A DNA stretch of 64,000 nt, taken from IMG/VR virus record IMGVR_UViG_3300027365_000007; one strand, 5' to 3'. The DNA comes from a virus (Duplodnaviria; Caudoviricetes). The notes beneath the pieces were generated by a model that searched no databases, was not told the DNA's origin, and saw only the letters and a list, made by a program, of their open reading frames with translations. How positions within the stretch are numbered: the first letter of the stretch is position 1; every line of letters begins with the position of its first letter. Below, piece after piece: positions 36,017-45,986 of this stretch. The translations under genes were made by a program, and so were the position numbers.

Positions 36017-37897
36017 TTAGTACTTAATACAATATAGCATAGCAACGTTCATCGGGCGTGTCTCATCGCCACCAGCAGGATCTGTTGTGAATGTATGGTT
36101 ATGTTCACCAGCATACCCGGTAGGATGACTATTTGAGTATCTTTCGTCACGGTTCGCAGTATTCACTAAAGCAAAAAGATTTTGTGAGCCATTACTTTCG
36201 ATAGGTAACGAATGTCTGTGATTTCCATCCATATCAGTTGAACCACCATGCTCATGTTCACCTATCTGGTCACTTTCTTCATTACCAACGGGTCTAGTAG
36301 CGCTTGCACCACGTATAAACTGGTTTTCTAACATAGGTAAGTTAAAGGTAGTAACACCATCACCAGAACCATATAAAGTACCTATGTAAGCATATAAGTC
36401 TGCATAAGTAGTTCTACTTATAGCAGAACCATCACACACTAGCCATCCATCAGGCGCAGTTGTTCCAGCGAAAGGTAAAACAGCTCCCGGTGGCAATAGC
36501 TGGTTGGTGATTAGGGAGTTGGTCGGAACTTGAGAGGGATCGGTACCTATATCTCTCTGCGAAGCCGTTCCTAGTCCATTTACGTTCGCTGGTACATCTT
36601 TTAAGTTATTCCAAGAAACCTTACCATTGGAATCAGCAACCTCTGTATTACCAACATTATAACCAGTAGCACTTGACACCCTACCTTTTGAATAAATTCC
36701 ATTAGTTGGTATAAGACTACTTTCAGTGTAATTATTAGAGACCAATAATCCACCAGCATAGAGTCTTTGTTTTTGAGATCCATTAACAATACCTATAGCA
36801 TTATTGCTGTCCAATGTGGACTGTGCACTATCTGCTTTAATATCTAAAAATGAAGTACCATTAGAATATCGTATTTTATTACCACCAGTGATCGTCACTT
36901 GCCCCGTTATAGTATCACCTGAACTATTAACAAACATGTTATTCAGATCACTGAATTGATAGCCATCTAATTTATCAGCGTCCAATTCAGACCCATCACC
37001 ATCAACTGTAATTAGCCGAGCCAATATTTCAGGACCATTGAACCTAGCTTCAAGATCTTCTACCTTAGTATTAACAATATTCACAGCATTGCTTGTTGCA
37101 ATGCTTTCGCTACTTGAGGATGATACTTGGTCTGACAATGGATGATTAGCATCTGTATGAATGGTATACCATGACTCAAAGTCATCAATACCCAATGTAC
37201 CATCATTTCTACGAAACTTGATATCATCTGAGTCAGTGGATAAGAATATTTGTGCAGCTTTAGGGTTTGTCTGAGAAGGATCTGTTCTTAAACGTGATGA
37301 TATGATATAACCTTGCTCACCTGTTGCTGGTCTATTAAGTGTACTATAACCCGCAACGAATATACCACTAGTCATGGTATTAGCATTTGATTCTGGTACA
37401 TCGGGGTAATTTAAAAGACTATCAAAATCAAAATCACTTTCTATGATACTTGTACCATCAGAGCTTACTTGTAAGAACTTATCAGCCGCAGATGCACTTG
37501 TTGGCTTTATATCAGTAACAGATATATCACTTGGTACTAACTGTCCTTCCGAATTTATCTTAACAAAGTCGTTTTCACCATATTCAGACCAGTCTAGGTC
37601 GTTCGGTACCAATAGGCGATTATGATAACCTCCTTCAGTTGATGAGTAAATGAAAACATGTTTTTCATCTTCATTTTCAGAAGATATTGAAGTACCTTGG
37701 ATATAACCAGCATTCCAATCATCATTGTATGTCGGTGACTTTGCTATTCCTATGGTTTGTTCAACAAGGTTCTCAAAAGTAATATGTTCATCCAAACCAT
37801 TTGTGCGTGACAATAGCTTACTATTATCATTTAGATAATTTCTTGGATTTAAATCGTCTAGATTGACAAGATTATCTGTTGTTATATTATCTGCCAT
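36017..37897 (-). CDS. Tail fibre protein with phage tail-collar domain
   Basis: DGDGSELDADKLDG; LPPGAVLPFAG...GWLVCDG...FNLP...FIRG collar; ETRPMNVAMLYCIKY terminus. Confidence 0.9.
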   Translation of the reverse strand: MADNITTDNLVNLDDLNPRNYLNDNSKLLSRTNGLDEHITFENLVEQTIGIAKSPTYNDDWNAGYIQGTSISSENEDEKHVFIYSSTEGGYHNRLLVPNDLDWSEYGENDFVKINSEGQLVPSDISVTDIKPTSASAADKFLQVSSDGTSIIESDFDFDSLLNYPDVPESNANTMTSGIFVAGYSTLNRPATGEQGYIISSRLRTDPSQTNPKAAQIFLSTDSDDIKFRRNDGTLGIDDFESWYTIHTDANHPLSDQVSSSSSESIATSNAVNIVNTKVEDLEARFNGPEILARLITVDGDGSELDADKLDGYQFSDLNNMFVNSSGDTITGQVTITGGNKIRYSNGTSFLDIKADSAQSTLDSNNAIGIVNGSQKQRLYAGGLLVSNNYTESSLIPTNGIYSKGRVSSATGYNVGNTEVADSNGKVSWNNLKDVPANVNGLGTASQRDIGTDPSQVPTNSLITNQLLPPGAVLPFAGTTAPDGWLVCDGSAISRTTYADLYAYIGTLYGSGDGVTTFNLPMLENQFIRGASATRPVGNEESDQIGEHEHGGSTDMDGNHRHSLPIESNGSQNLFALVNTANRDERYSNSHPTGYAGEHNHTFTTDPAGGDETRPMNVAMLYCIKY

Positions 37898-37900
37898 GTG

Positions 37901-38296
37901 TTATCCTTTAAATGGCGCTTTAGGTCTATATTCCTTATTTGGGAATTTTTTACTCTCTGGCCATTTTTGTAATTTCTTAATATATCGTTTTAATTTAAAA
38001 TATTTATAAACAGTTAAATCTACATTATTTAGGCATTGTGAGTACCTAATTATTTGATCTCGAACCCATTGTCTTTCTAGATCTTTATAATCATCAATGG
38101 TAAACTCTGCATAGATCCACTCATTATCGATGGTGTTGAATATAATCTTACATCCATCCTTGGGTTCAGGAGGGACTATCTCAGTTGTGTCAGGAGGTAT
38201 TAGAAATACCCCCGGTTGCCTCGGTGATTCTTGTGCATATTCATAGCCAACATATATCTTAGTTTCTGGCTCAAATTTATATACTTTCTTCTCCAT
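37901..38296 (-). CDS. Tail fibre assembly chaperone-like protein (start re-called at 38296)
   Basis: ESPRQPGVFLIPPDTTEIVPP and LQKWPESKKFP...RP motifs; GAGG SD. Confidence 0.7.
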   Translation of the reverse strand: MEKKVYKFEPETKIYVGYEYAQESPRQPGVFLIPPDTTEIVPPEPKDGCKIIFNTIDNEWIYAEFTIDDYKDLERQWVRDQIIRYSQCLNNVDLTVYKYFKLKRYIKKLQKWPESKKFPNKEYRPKAPFKG

Positions 38297-38307
38297 GGTT
38301 ATGCCTC

Positions 38308-39843
38308 TTAATATTTTATACAATACAAAAGAGCAACGTTACGAGGGCGAGTTTCGCCGTCTGTAGTGTCTGAGACACGAGCATCAGTTGAGCCAGCACT
38401 ATCAAAATGTAAATATCTTGAGGGGGCTATTGGGTATCCACTAGCCCCCGAAGCAAATTCACTCCACGTAGACGATGAAACGCTGAAAGCACCAGATGGA
38501 TTATAGAATATCCCAGCACTACTACCTATAACGGCATGGACTGTGCCAGTAATTCGCTGCATTTGATCAAGTTGTGTAGTTCCGAAGTAACGGGCCGTAT
38601 CGACACCGCGCCCATCATCCCATCCACGTATAAATTCACCACGTAAATCAGGCACAGCGAAGGTTCCATCAACTTCCGATCCACCAAATGTTCTACCTAT
38701 TTGTGCAAAAAGTTCAGGATATACACTCTCGTCCAACAATGCCCCATTACACTTGATATAACCGTCTGGTGGTGTCGGCATTGCAACTGCGAACACCGTT
38801 CCCGTAGGCACACCATTGAGGTAAGCTAGAAGTCCATCGATATAGTCCTTGCTGTACACTTCTAAATTGTCTCTAGCTAACGACTTGCTAGTAAGTTCAG
38901 AAAGATTCAAACCTTTTTGTAAATACCTTGCATCACTTTCAGTAGTGGAAAATACATTCAGGTTATTTCTAGCACTAGCTTTATTGGTCAAATCATTTAG
39001 ATTATCTTGTACTTTTAAAAAGCGTGAATCACTGATTGATTTCCCATAGTAATTATCCTTCAAAGTAGTCGGAACTACAGCTACATCACTTCTAAGACCA
39101 TCCTGCACTTCTGGACTGGTACCGATTTCCAGAACACCTGCATACGATGTAGTACTGTTTTGTTTAATATTGTCAAATGACAATATAGGGTTATTAATAT
39201 CCGACAAATTGGCATTTTTAGCCAAATACCTTGCATCACTCTCAGCTTCAGATAATACTTCTAGTGATGCACGAGCAATAGATGGATTGTTTATATCCTG
39301 TAAATCATTGGTCACACGTAGATAACGATTATCTAGATCGGATATTGCATTGCCTTCCAACGTCTGTGCATTGATGGTAAACTCGTCAGGGTCAAACTGA
39401 ACCGCTTCTATTTGGCGACTTCCAGATTTAACTCTTAAAAAGAATCCACTAGAAGTGTCGTTATCAGCACGTAAGCTCGGTATTTCAATAAAACTCTGGT
39501 CAACAACACCAGAAGAATTCACTTGTAAATACTGATATTGATTAACTGAAATATTACTCCAATCAATATTATTAGAATCTAGTTTTTTATTCACAAAAGA
39601 TGACGTAGCAGAATCATACACCACAGTCTCACCTTCTGAAGGTGATTCAACCGTCAAGTCTGTACCATCCAATAGTTGTGCATTCCATCCATCAGGTTGT
39701 TCAGAACGCAATGTATCGGCAATGTCTACGACGAAATCGCTATAGAACATTTTCTTGTAACCATTCTGGTCAACTAAAAGTTTTGCCCCATCTTGAATAT
39801 CTGTTATTGGGGTTAAGTCATTAATATATACTCGTTCTGTCAT
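38308..39843 (-). CDS. Second tail fibre protein with collar domain
   Basis: Repeated NLSDL...ARxNL units; VPTGTV...GYIKCNG...PDLRGEFIRGWD collar; ETRPRNVALLYCIKY terminus. Confidence 0.9.
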   Translation of the reverse strand: MTERVYINDLTPITDIQDGAKLLVDQNGYKKMFYSDFVVDIADTLRSEQPDGWNAQLLDGTDLTVESPSEGETVVYDSATSSFVNKKLDSNNIDWSNISVNQYQYLQVNSSGVVDQSFIEIPSLRADNDTSSGFFLRVKSGSRQIEAVQFDPDEFTINAQTLEGNAISDLDNRYLRVTNDLQDINNPSIARASLEVLSEAESDARYLAKNANLSDINNPILSFDNIKQNSTTSYAGVLEIGTSPEVQDGLRSDVAVVPTTLKDNYYGKSISDSRFLKVQDNLNDLTNKASARNNLNVFSTTESDARYLQKGLNLSELTSKSLARDNLEVYSKDYIDGLLAYLNGVPTGTVFAVAMPTPPDGYIKCNGALLDESVYPELFAQIGRTFGGSEVDGTFAVPDLRGEFIRGWDDGRGVDTARYFGTTQLDQMQRITGTVHAVIGSSAGIFYNPSGAFSVSSSTWSEFASGASGYPIAPSRYLHFDSAGSTDARVSDTTDGETRPRNVALLYCIKY

Positions 39844-40760
39844 TAGTAATCTCCGTCTATACCTAATACGCCATCGCCATATAATCCAAGTGCACCGTCA
39901 GTATCGCCAATACCCAGTACCTGATTTGGTGGTGGTGTTGGCATATCTGTGAATTCACCAGCGACAACCCCAGCAATATTCCAGCGCTGAATTCTATAAT
40001 AAATCTTCGTACTATGATCGGACGGTTGAGTAAATAACACCCGTAGCTTGGAATTAACTGTATCAACTGACGCATCAAACTGTATGAAGCTACCATCTAT
40101 CGCAGCATTCATTAATAGTTGATCATCGTCAAATCCAATGTATTCTTGACCGTCTCCACTCACTGAGTTGTCTCCCATCAATGTCATCGTGCCACTACGG
40201 CGATGCCAGCCGTCGTTCTGAACCAATGTATATTCCACCTGTAAGTGGTATACTTGCTTCATATCAAATTCTAAAAATACTCCCGCATCAGAACTATCTA
40301 GTACCTTTGTCATAAGACTTCTTGAGGGTCTTAGTGATGTCGAAGGGGAATAATTGGCATTAAAATCAGAAGGATGAATGTAATCATTAACATTTTCACT
40401 TGTAACTATTTCAATATTACGTTCTAAACGCGCAACATCGTCGGGGCGATTAGCGTTAATGAAATTAACAATTTCAACAGCTTTAGTGTGATCTTCAGCT
40501 TCAATTGTAAGACCTTCACTTATTTCATAACTGTTATAGTCAACACTACTGTCGAGCATTGATTGAATTTCTTGAACCGCATTCGGGAAAGCGTCTACTG
40601 ACACGACATTTGCATTAACATAGGTCGAATCTTGAGGATCTGTGCCTATGAAAAGCTGTGCAGTATCCGTTGTGAAACCGAATTCACCAGAATCTAGGGT
40701 AGGTAGTTCAGAGCGCAAGCCCTGACGTTGTAAAATCTTTTCGTAGCGTATATCAGCCAT
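39843..40760 (-). CDS. Virion structural protein with Mtd-N-like first domain
   Basis: QRQGLRSELPTLDSGEFGFTTDTAQLFIG motif; CATAAATA at 40786-40793. Confidence 0.7.
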   Translation of the reverse strand: MADIRYEKILQRQGLRSELPTLDSGEFGFTTDTAQLFIGTDPQDSTYVNANVVSVDAFPNAVQEIQSMLDSSVDYNSYEISEGLTIEAEDHTKAVEIVNFINANRPDDVARLERNIEIVTSENVNDYIHPSDFNANYSPSTSLRPSRSLMTKVLDSSDAGVFLEFDMKQVYHLQVEYTLVQNDGWHRRSGTMTLMGDNSVSGDGQEYIGFDDDQLLMNAAIDGSFIQFDASVDTVNSKLRVLFTQPSDHSTKIYYRIQRWNIAGVVAGEFTDMPTPPPNQVLGIGDTDGALGLYGDGVLGIDGDY

Positions 40761-40799
40761 AAATACTTGTTCCTATTGTTATAAGTATTTATGGTTATT

Positions 40800-40825
40800 G
40801 AAAAGAGTCCTTAAGGACTCTTTTC
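40800..40825. terminator. Palindromic terminator
   Basis: GAAAAGAGTCC-TTAA-GGACTCTTTTC. Confidence 0.75.
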
Positions 40826-40900
40826 AATGTAATTCGTCAGGACGCTCACTGCGTTCGACGCCTTCCTCACAATAAAGACAAAAGCCGTCTAATCGGTCTT

Positions 40901-41608
40901 TCAGACCTCTAACCAGCGGACTGCTCTGGTCCTATGGGAATAAGGCTTGTTATTGTAGTACTGAGATCCATATCTGAAACTCTGCATCCAAGAAGTAGCA
41001 GGAGTGTATTCCATCGACGACCAATACCAAGGATGTGTTAAGACATCAAATGCTTGACTACCACCTTCAACAAAATCACTAACAGATGTCTGGGACGGCT
41101 CACTCGTCGTATAAGAGCTACCTTCAGGACTACTGTTTGGATTTGTGCCGTTAACAGCATCATGAAGAGGTCGGGTGTTTGTATAATTATCATCAGTAGT
41201 GGGCTTCAGAAACCGATAACAAATTTCCAATTCATCGGGTGCTGGTAGATGCCAATCATTAAACCCATTAATATCTAAGTTAGCACAGTATTGTGCGGCA
41301 GGATGATCACTCAGACCAACCGCTATGATAGCGTCCATATTGGCTTTGCCATTATACGTACTGGTAGCGCCACTGGTGGTCGTTTGACTCGTTTTCCATT
41401 GAAGAGTACCATTATATTCACCTAATTCTTTAGGGGCTATAATGATAGCGTATTCCTTTCCGTCCACTAAAATATTACCACCGGCATAGTAGCCACCAGC
41501 GCTTTCGATGTACTTGCCAGCATCCGCTACTAGCTCTGGTGTTGTGAATACTTGGTTTTCGCGAATGCGAATGTTATTGAGCCCTGCGTTATATATTTTG
41601 ACAGCCAT
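40901..41608 (-). CDS. DUF1566/Lcl-like C-type-lectin-fold protein
   Basis: GGYYAG, AAQYC, DWHLPAPDEL and YWSSME...W...RAVR motifs; AGGAG SD and CATAAATA (41643-41650) upstream. Confidence 0.8.
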   Translation of the reverse strand: MAVKIYNAGLNNIRIRENQVFTTPELVADAGKYIESAGGYYAGGNILVDGKEYAIIIAPKELGEYNGTLQWKTSQTTTSGATSTYNGKANMDAIIAVGLSDHPAAQYCANLDINGFNDWHLPAPDELEICYRFLKPTTDDNYTNTRPLHDAVNGTNPNSSPEGSSYTTSEPSQTSVSDFVEGGSQAFDVLTHPWYWSSMEYTPATSWMQSFRYGSQYYNNKPYSHRTRAVRWLEV

Positions 41609-41678
41609 AATTAAAAAATACTCCTATGTTTTATTATAAGAGTATTTATGCCTCATAATAACTTCCATTTTCTCACCA

Positions 41679-42374
41679 CTACTCAGAATAATACTGATCT
41701 AGAATATCAATCCATTTGTCTTTATAAAATTTAAAATCATCACCAGCTTTTATTACTTTTTTTGCAGTAATATTACTTGAATTCGCAACGAATATGACAC
41801 ACTGTTCAATATTAGTATTAAATAGATAATCATGTGCCACTGCATATGCTGCGGCCTGTGTGAAGTAGTCTTCCATGTGTTCTTCTTTTTTATCTTTATA
41901 TGCATTCTTGAAGTCAATAATAGAAGTTGCACCTTTGTATGTTCCTACTAAATCAGTACGACCTGCATAACATTCTGGCACAAATAGCGGTACTTCAGCG
42001 CCCCATACTTCGTCTACATCTTTGAGTCCTACTTCCCAAATCTTTTTAGCCATATCCCCGGCTACTTTAAAAATAAAATTCTGCTTAAACAGCTTTTCAT
42101 AATCTGGTGTTCCAACAATTTGATGATAAAGAATGTCGTGCATACAATTACCGAAATTCAAACTTTTATCTAGAATCTGTTGGGCATTTTTATGACCTAT
42201 AGTACGTTTCCATTCTTCTATTATCTCTTTCTTATCCGACATACGTGATAAGATGGTTGTAACTGAATACACGGGGTCATATTTAACACCGTTCAGTTCG
42301 ATGAAATAAACACGACCGGCTTTGCCGGTCGATTCTTTTACAACGGTAGGATAATCATATTTCTCTTTATACAT
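41679..42374 (-). CDS. PD-(D/E)XK (Cas4/RecB-like) exonuclease
   Basis: SVTTIL, G..MH, YAGRTDL, IIDFKN and YFTQAAAYA motifs. Confidence 0.85.
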   Translation of the reverse strand: MYKEKYDYPTVVKESTGKAGRVYFIELNGVKYDPVYSVTTILSRMSDKKEIIEEWKRTIGHKNAQQILDKSLNFGNCMHDILYHQIVGTPDYEKLFKQNFIFKVAGDMAKKIWEVGLKDVDEVWGAEVPLFVPECYAGRTDLVGTYKGATSIIDFKNAYKDKKEEHMEDYFTQAAAYAVAHDYLFNTNIEQCVIFVANSSNITAKKVIKAGDDFKFYKDKWIDILDQYYSE

Positions 42375-42712
42375 TATTTCATTCGCTTTTTAGTAGCTTC
42401 TTTAGCTTTTTCCGACGCTGGATTATATTCTTCTTGGTCAGAAATATCAGGACGTTCGTCGTCTATCTCATCACTTTGTGTTGAAAATACAACTTGTTTA
42501 TCCTGATTCGTACTAAGATTTTTATTACTATCAACAAAATCCTCAATATCTTTTTCGTTAGCGACGTAACCAATCTTATCCAATTCCGCAATTATGTTTT
42601 CAATATCAACTTCCGTTAGACCAGATTTCATGAACATCATAATAATGTTCATGATTTCTTTATTAAGTTTTTCCTGATAATCATTGTCTTCGTAAAGTTC
42701 GTGAATTTTCAT
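42374..42712 (-). CDS. Hypothetical protein
   Basis: ORF track; MKIHELYE start. Confidence 0.65.
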   Translation of the reverse strand: MKIHELYEDNDYQEKLNKEIMNIIMMFMKSGLTEVDIENIIAELDKIGYVANEKDIEDFVDSNKNLSTNQDKQVVFSTQSDEIDDERPDISDQEEYNPASEKAKEATKKRMK

Positions 42713-42714
42713 AA

Positions 42715-43662
42715 TTACTCTTCGCGTCTCTTGAATTCATTGCCCAAATCTACGTCGTCAGTGTCTTCTTCAGACTCTTCCCCACCTTCAGTGGATTCCT
42801 CATCGCCTGAGTCAAGATCTTCAAGACCTTCCAGATCTTCATCACCAAATTCCGATTCACCATCTTGAGATTCAATATCATCAAGTTCATCACTTTCGAT
42901 GTCACCCTTTTCATCACTAACCATACTATCCATTTCTGCATCACCACTTAATACAGCAACAACGTTAGCAAACACTTCTTTTGTATCACGAACCTGTGAA
43001 AGAAGATCACTCAGTGAACTATTCATCTTTTCATAAATATCATCTGCTACCTCATTGGAATACTCAGATCTTACCATCTCAATAAATGGATCTAGATATT
43101 TATTTTGAGTCTCACCGATTTTGGCCTGATATCCCATCATGTCGTCAAGAAGACCACGGGCACTCATGATAGCTTCTGCCTTTTCAGCATCTTCTTTTAG
43201 TAAAATGTTCAGCTTGGAAGAAACACTTTCACTGTATATTTTTTTCTCCATAGATGAAATCTTTTCAGCCATCATTTTAGCTTTTTTGGTTTCACCATGC
43301 TTTTTTACGTAGCCCTCATACATATTGCGCAAATCTTGAAGTTTGTCAATACTTCCTGTTACACTTGACTCGCTACGTGCTTTTGAAATTATATCATCCA
43401 GTTCGCTTTGTGTGGATTTCTTATTGGTTAGAATGTTAACCGCTTCCACTACTAACATGGATTGGTTATAATCCGGGTTTTTGTGATATGAATTAAACTC
43501 CGCTGACTCAACAATGGTATTCATATTTTCTTGAGCTTTCTTCTTAAGTTCTACCAATGCAGACTTAGAAAGTTTGTTCGATATATCTCTTGTAAAACCA
43601 AATGATTCTTTAAGAATCTTATTGATTTTCTGTAAATTTGCTCTATCCTGTTTACTTAGCAT
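42715..43662 (-). CDS. Acidic helical protein, possible prohead core/scaffold
   Basis: Helical body with a very acidic C-terminal tail; LxE motifs. Confidence 0.5.
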   Translation of the reverse strand: MLSKQDRANLQKINKILKESFGFTRDISNKLSKSALVELKKKAQENMNTIVESAEFNSYHKNPDYNQSMLVVEAVNILTNKKSTQSELDDIISKARSESSVTGSIDKLQDLRNMYEGYVKKHGETKKAKMMAEKISSMEKKIYSESVSSKLNILLKEDAEKAEAIMSARGLLDDMMGYQAKIGETQNKYLDPFIEMVRSEYSNEVADDIYEKMNSSLSDLLSQVRDTKEVFANVVAVLSGDAEMDSMVSDEKGDIESDELDDIESQDGESEFGDEDLEGLEDLDSGDEESTEGGEESEEDTDDVDLGNEFKRREE

Positions 43663-43664
43663 GA

Positions 43665-44249
43665 TTATTTCCCCAATCTTTTATATTCTTTTAATATGGT
43701 ATTTTTAAAATTCTTGGCACGGAACTTGTTTTCTTCAAATTTAGTATTCTCAATGTCCATGCCATCAAAGTTGCTATCTTCTTTATATTTATTGTAGTTT
43801 CGTTTGTTCAAACGGGCTTCATTAAGATGTTTTTCATAGCGATTATTACTTGTCAGTAGTGAAACTATTTTAGAAGAGCTAAATGTTTTCCCTTCATATA
43901 AATGGGATGCAATCGAATATACTGTTTCATACAAAAGTACATCATCAACCAAAACACTACCATACTCATCGTATAACGAATAGGTGCCTTCAACCTTTTC
44001 GATTTTGTAAGGCCCTATGGATATAGCGTTTTCAGACACAACCTTAGTATCTTTTATTTGTTCAATTGCTTTGTCTTGTGTGGGTAGGTTTTCCACACTT
44101 TCAACAGCGGAATTGAACCTTTGAAGAATTTCGTCCATTGATTGAACACTGCTTTTAGATGCAGATACTGACGGACGTTCAACACCGTTTTCAACGTCTT
44201 CCATAATATTCAATAATTTATCAAACTCTTCTACACTTTTTTTAGACAT
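43665..44249 (-). CDS. Hypothetical protein
   Basis: ORF track. Confidence 0.65.
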   Translation of the reverse strand: MSKKSVEEFDKLLNIMEDVENGVERPSVSASKSSVQSMDEILQRFNSAVESVENLPTQDKAIEQIKDTKVVSENAISIGPYKIEKVEGTYSLYDEYGSVLVDDVLLYETVYSIASHLYEGKTFSSSKIVSLLTSNNRYEKHLNEARLNKRNYNKYKEDSNFDGMDIENTKFEENKFRAKNFKNTILKEYKRLGK

Positions 44250-44457
44250 CTAAATGAACCTCTTTTATGTAATAATATTCACCATCAAAATCGAGAATAT
44301 GACAATCAACCAATCTTTGCGCCATGAATTGCGTTTTTTCAGGTAGATTGTCTTTTTTTAGTTTGTAACGCTTCTTTTCTAACATACGTTCTATAAGTTG
44401 AAAATCATGCTCAGAAACATGCGTGTATAAACCGCCTACAATTTCCACAACCTTCAT
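44242..44457 (-). CDS. Hypothetical small protein
   Basis: ORF track; overlap coupling. Confidence 0.6.
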   Translation of the reverse strand: MKVVEIVGGLYTHVSEHDFQLIERMLEKKRYKLKKDNLPEKTQFMAQRLVDCHILDFDGEYYYIKEVHLDV

Positions 44458-44630
44458 AGACTGTACCCTGTATAAATTTTAAACACGGTTTCTTTATCTG
44501 ATTCATCGATAGCATGTACTATACGTACTAAATCTTTAATACTCATAGTTGCTAATATTTTCTTAACTTCTTCGATGTCTCGATCTAAAAAATCAGATAG
44601 TATTTCGCTTAACGGCTTTTTAACGTCCAT
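44454..44630 (-). CDS. Small hypothetical protein (58 aa; not in track)
   Basis: GGAG SD; MDVKKPLSEIL...GYSL*; ATGA overlap with the next gene. Confidence 0.65.
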   Translation of the reverse strand: MDVKKPLSEILSDFLDRDIEEVKKILATMSIKDLVRIVHAIDESDKETVFKIYTGYSL

Positions 44631-44659
44631 AATACTCCATAAAGGGAACTGTCGTTCCC

Positions 44660-44914
44660 TTATTTATCACGTAATTTGTTCAAACGAGCAACTTGTTTAC
44701 TTACTGGGTTCGTCATCTTAGTACGCTTTGTTTTAAGAGCGATTGAACGCTCCTTTTGCTTTCTAAGACGACGCATTCTCATTTTTTTCTTTATATCCAG
44801 CGGTCCAAAGCAAGCTTGTGGACTTGATACAAGTTTTCCTTTTCGCTTTCCAGTCGTACAACGATATTTTTTAACAATTTTATTGCCACGCCTTGCGTAT
44901 ACTAATTTAGCCAT
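44660..44914 (-). CDS. Small basic protein, possibly prohead core (gp68-like)
   Basis: K/R-rich; KKYRCTTGKRKG...C motif; head-gene-like context. The gp68 link is recalled and weak. Confidence 0.5.
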   Translation of the reverse strand: MAKLVYARRGNKIVKKYRCTTGKRKGKLVSSPQACFGPLDIKKKMRMRRLRKQKERSIALKTKRTKMTNPVSKQVARLNKLRDK

Positions 44915-44926
44915 ATATCAAGATCC

Positions 44927-45352
44927 TTATAGGTTGTCGTTATACATAAACTCAATATTTAGTTCGGTACCAGAAGACTGGAACGTTTCGTCTTCGATAG
45001 TTACACCATCAAACATATATTTCAGATGATAAAGATGATCATCAATTTGATAATCTTCATCAACACTTGCGAAGATGCCAGTATGTTCAACGATAAATTT
45101 AAAAACATATCCGGGTCCGGTAAGTGATGGAGCCCCTTCGTTTTCTAATGTAGTGACACTATAAGGAGAAGCAACTACAATAGGTTGAGCCCTCATGCTA
45201 ATAAGAGAAATAATGTTGTCAAAAATTCTTTGTGATTTATCTTCATAGTTACCAGTAGCAGTTATGTCAACATCAGTAAAAAGGGTAAAATATTCAATAT
45301 TACCTGAAAATTGCTCACTTGGTTTAGAAGCTGTTTTTCTTGCTAAAGTCAT
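44927..45352 (-). CDS. Virion structural protein, paralog of the 45466 gene
   Basis: G.IEYFT...II.L...R...F.VEH pattern shared; GATAAATA at 45385-45392. Confidence 0.65.
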   Translation of the reverse strand: MTLARKTASKPSEQFSGNIEYFTLFTDVDITATGNYEDKSQRIFDNIISLISMRAQPIVVASPYSVTTLENEGAPSLTGPGYVFKFIVEHTGIFASVDEDYQIDDHLYHLKYMFDGVTIEDETFQSSGTELNIEFMYNDNL

Positions 45353-45413
45353 AATTCTGTCCTCATTTTTATATGATATAAAAGTATTTATCCTTATACT
45401 TCATTTAGATAAA

Positions 45414-45440
45414 AAAATAGCCGGTTAAAAACCGGCTATT
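45414..45440 (-). terminator. Intrinsic terminator
   Basis: AATAGCCGGT-N5-ACCGGCTATT followed by a T tract on the minus strand. Confidence 0.8.
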
Positions 45441-45465
45441 TCCAAAGATATATACTCAACCACTT

Positions 45466-45909
45466 TTACAGTAGGTCGTAGTCTACCTGTGCTACAGTAA
45501 CACCAGAAAGGTCTACAGTTACAGGAACCACTTCAGTATATTCGTCACCACTGTTAGGAGTACCGTCAGGATCAACTAGATTTTCAGTAGTACCGAAAGC
45601 AACAGCACCACCAAGCTCTTGAATCTTGCCTTGAATTTCAGCAGGATCAATTGCATCGTTGTGTTCAACTGCAACAGTAAAACCACCAGCAGCAAGTTCA
45701 CTAACGATAACTACGTTACCACGGGTACGGAAGATTTCGATTAGCTTTTCCCAAACACGGGCTTGCTCGTAATAATCGTTGAATTCCTGAGTACCATAAG
45801 CAGCATCAGCAGAAGCAGACGGTACGATAGATTCTGGGGTAGTCACGGTGAAGTGTTCTAGACCACCAGTAAGCATTTGAGTATCTTTAACTTGAGTATA
45901 ACGTTTCAT
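45466..45909 (-). CDS. Highly expressed virion structural protein
   Basis: TATAAATA at 45944-45951, AAGGAG SD, strong codon bias, own terminator. Confidence 0.75.
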   Translation of the reverse strand: MKRYTQVKDTQMLTGGLEHFTVTTPESIVPSASADAAYGTQEFNDYYEQARVWEKLIEIFRTRGNVVIVSELAAGGFTVAVEHNDAIDPAEIQGKIQELGGAVAFGTTENLVDPDGTPNSGDEYTEVVPVTVDLSGVTVAQVDYDLL

Positions 45910-45986
45910 ATTGTATTCTCCTTAAATCTGTTATATACATTATTATTTATACTTTTCAATAAAAATGGTTTTAATTATCGCAGAAA

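Noticed and set aside
41679-42374. Cas4-like nuclease as evidence of a CRISPR system
   Set aside because: No repeat-spacer array or other cas genes; stand-alone PD-(D/E)XK exonucleases are common in T4-like phages.
44660-44914. Small K/R-rich protein as a possible phage ribosomal protein
   Set aside because: No recognisable ribosomal-protein motif; its context is a head/structural gene cluster.
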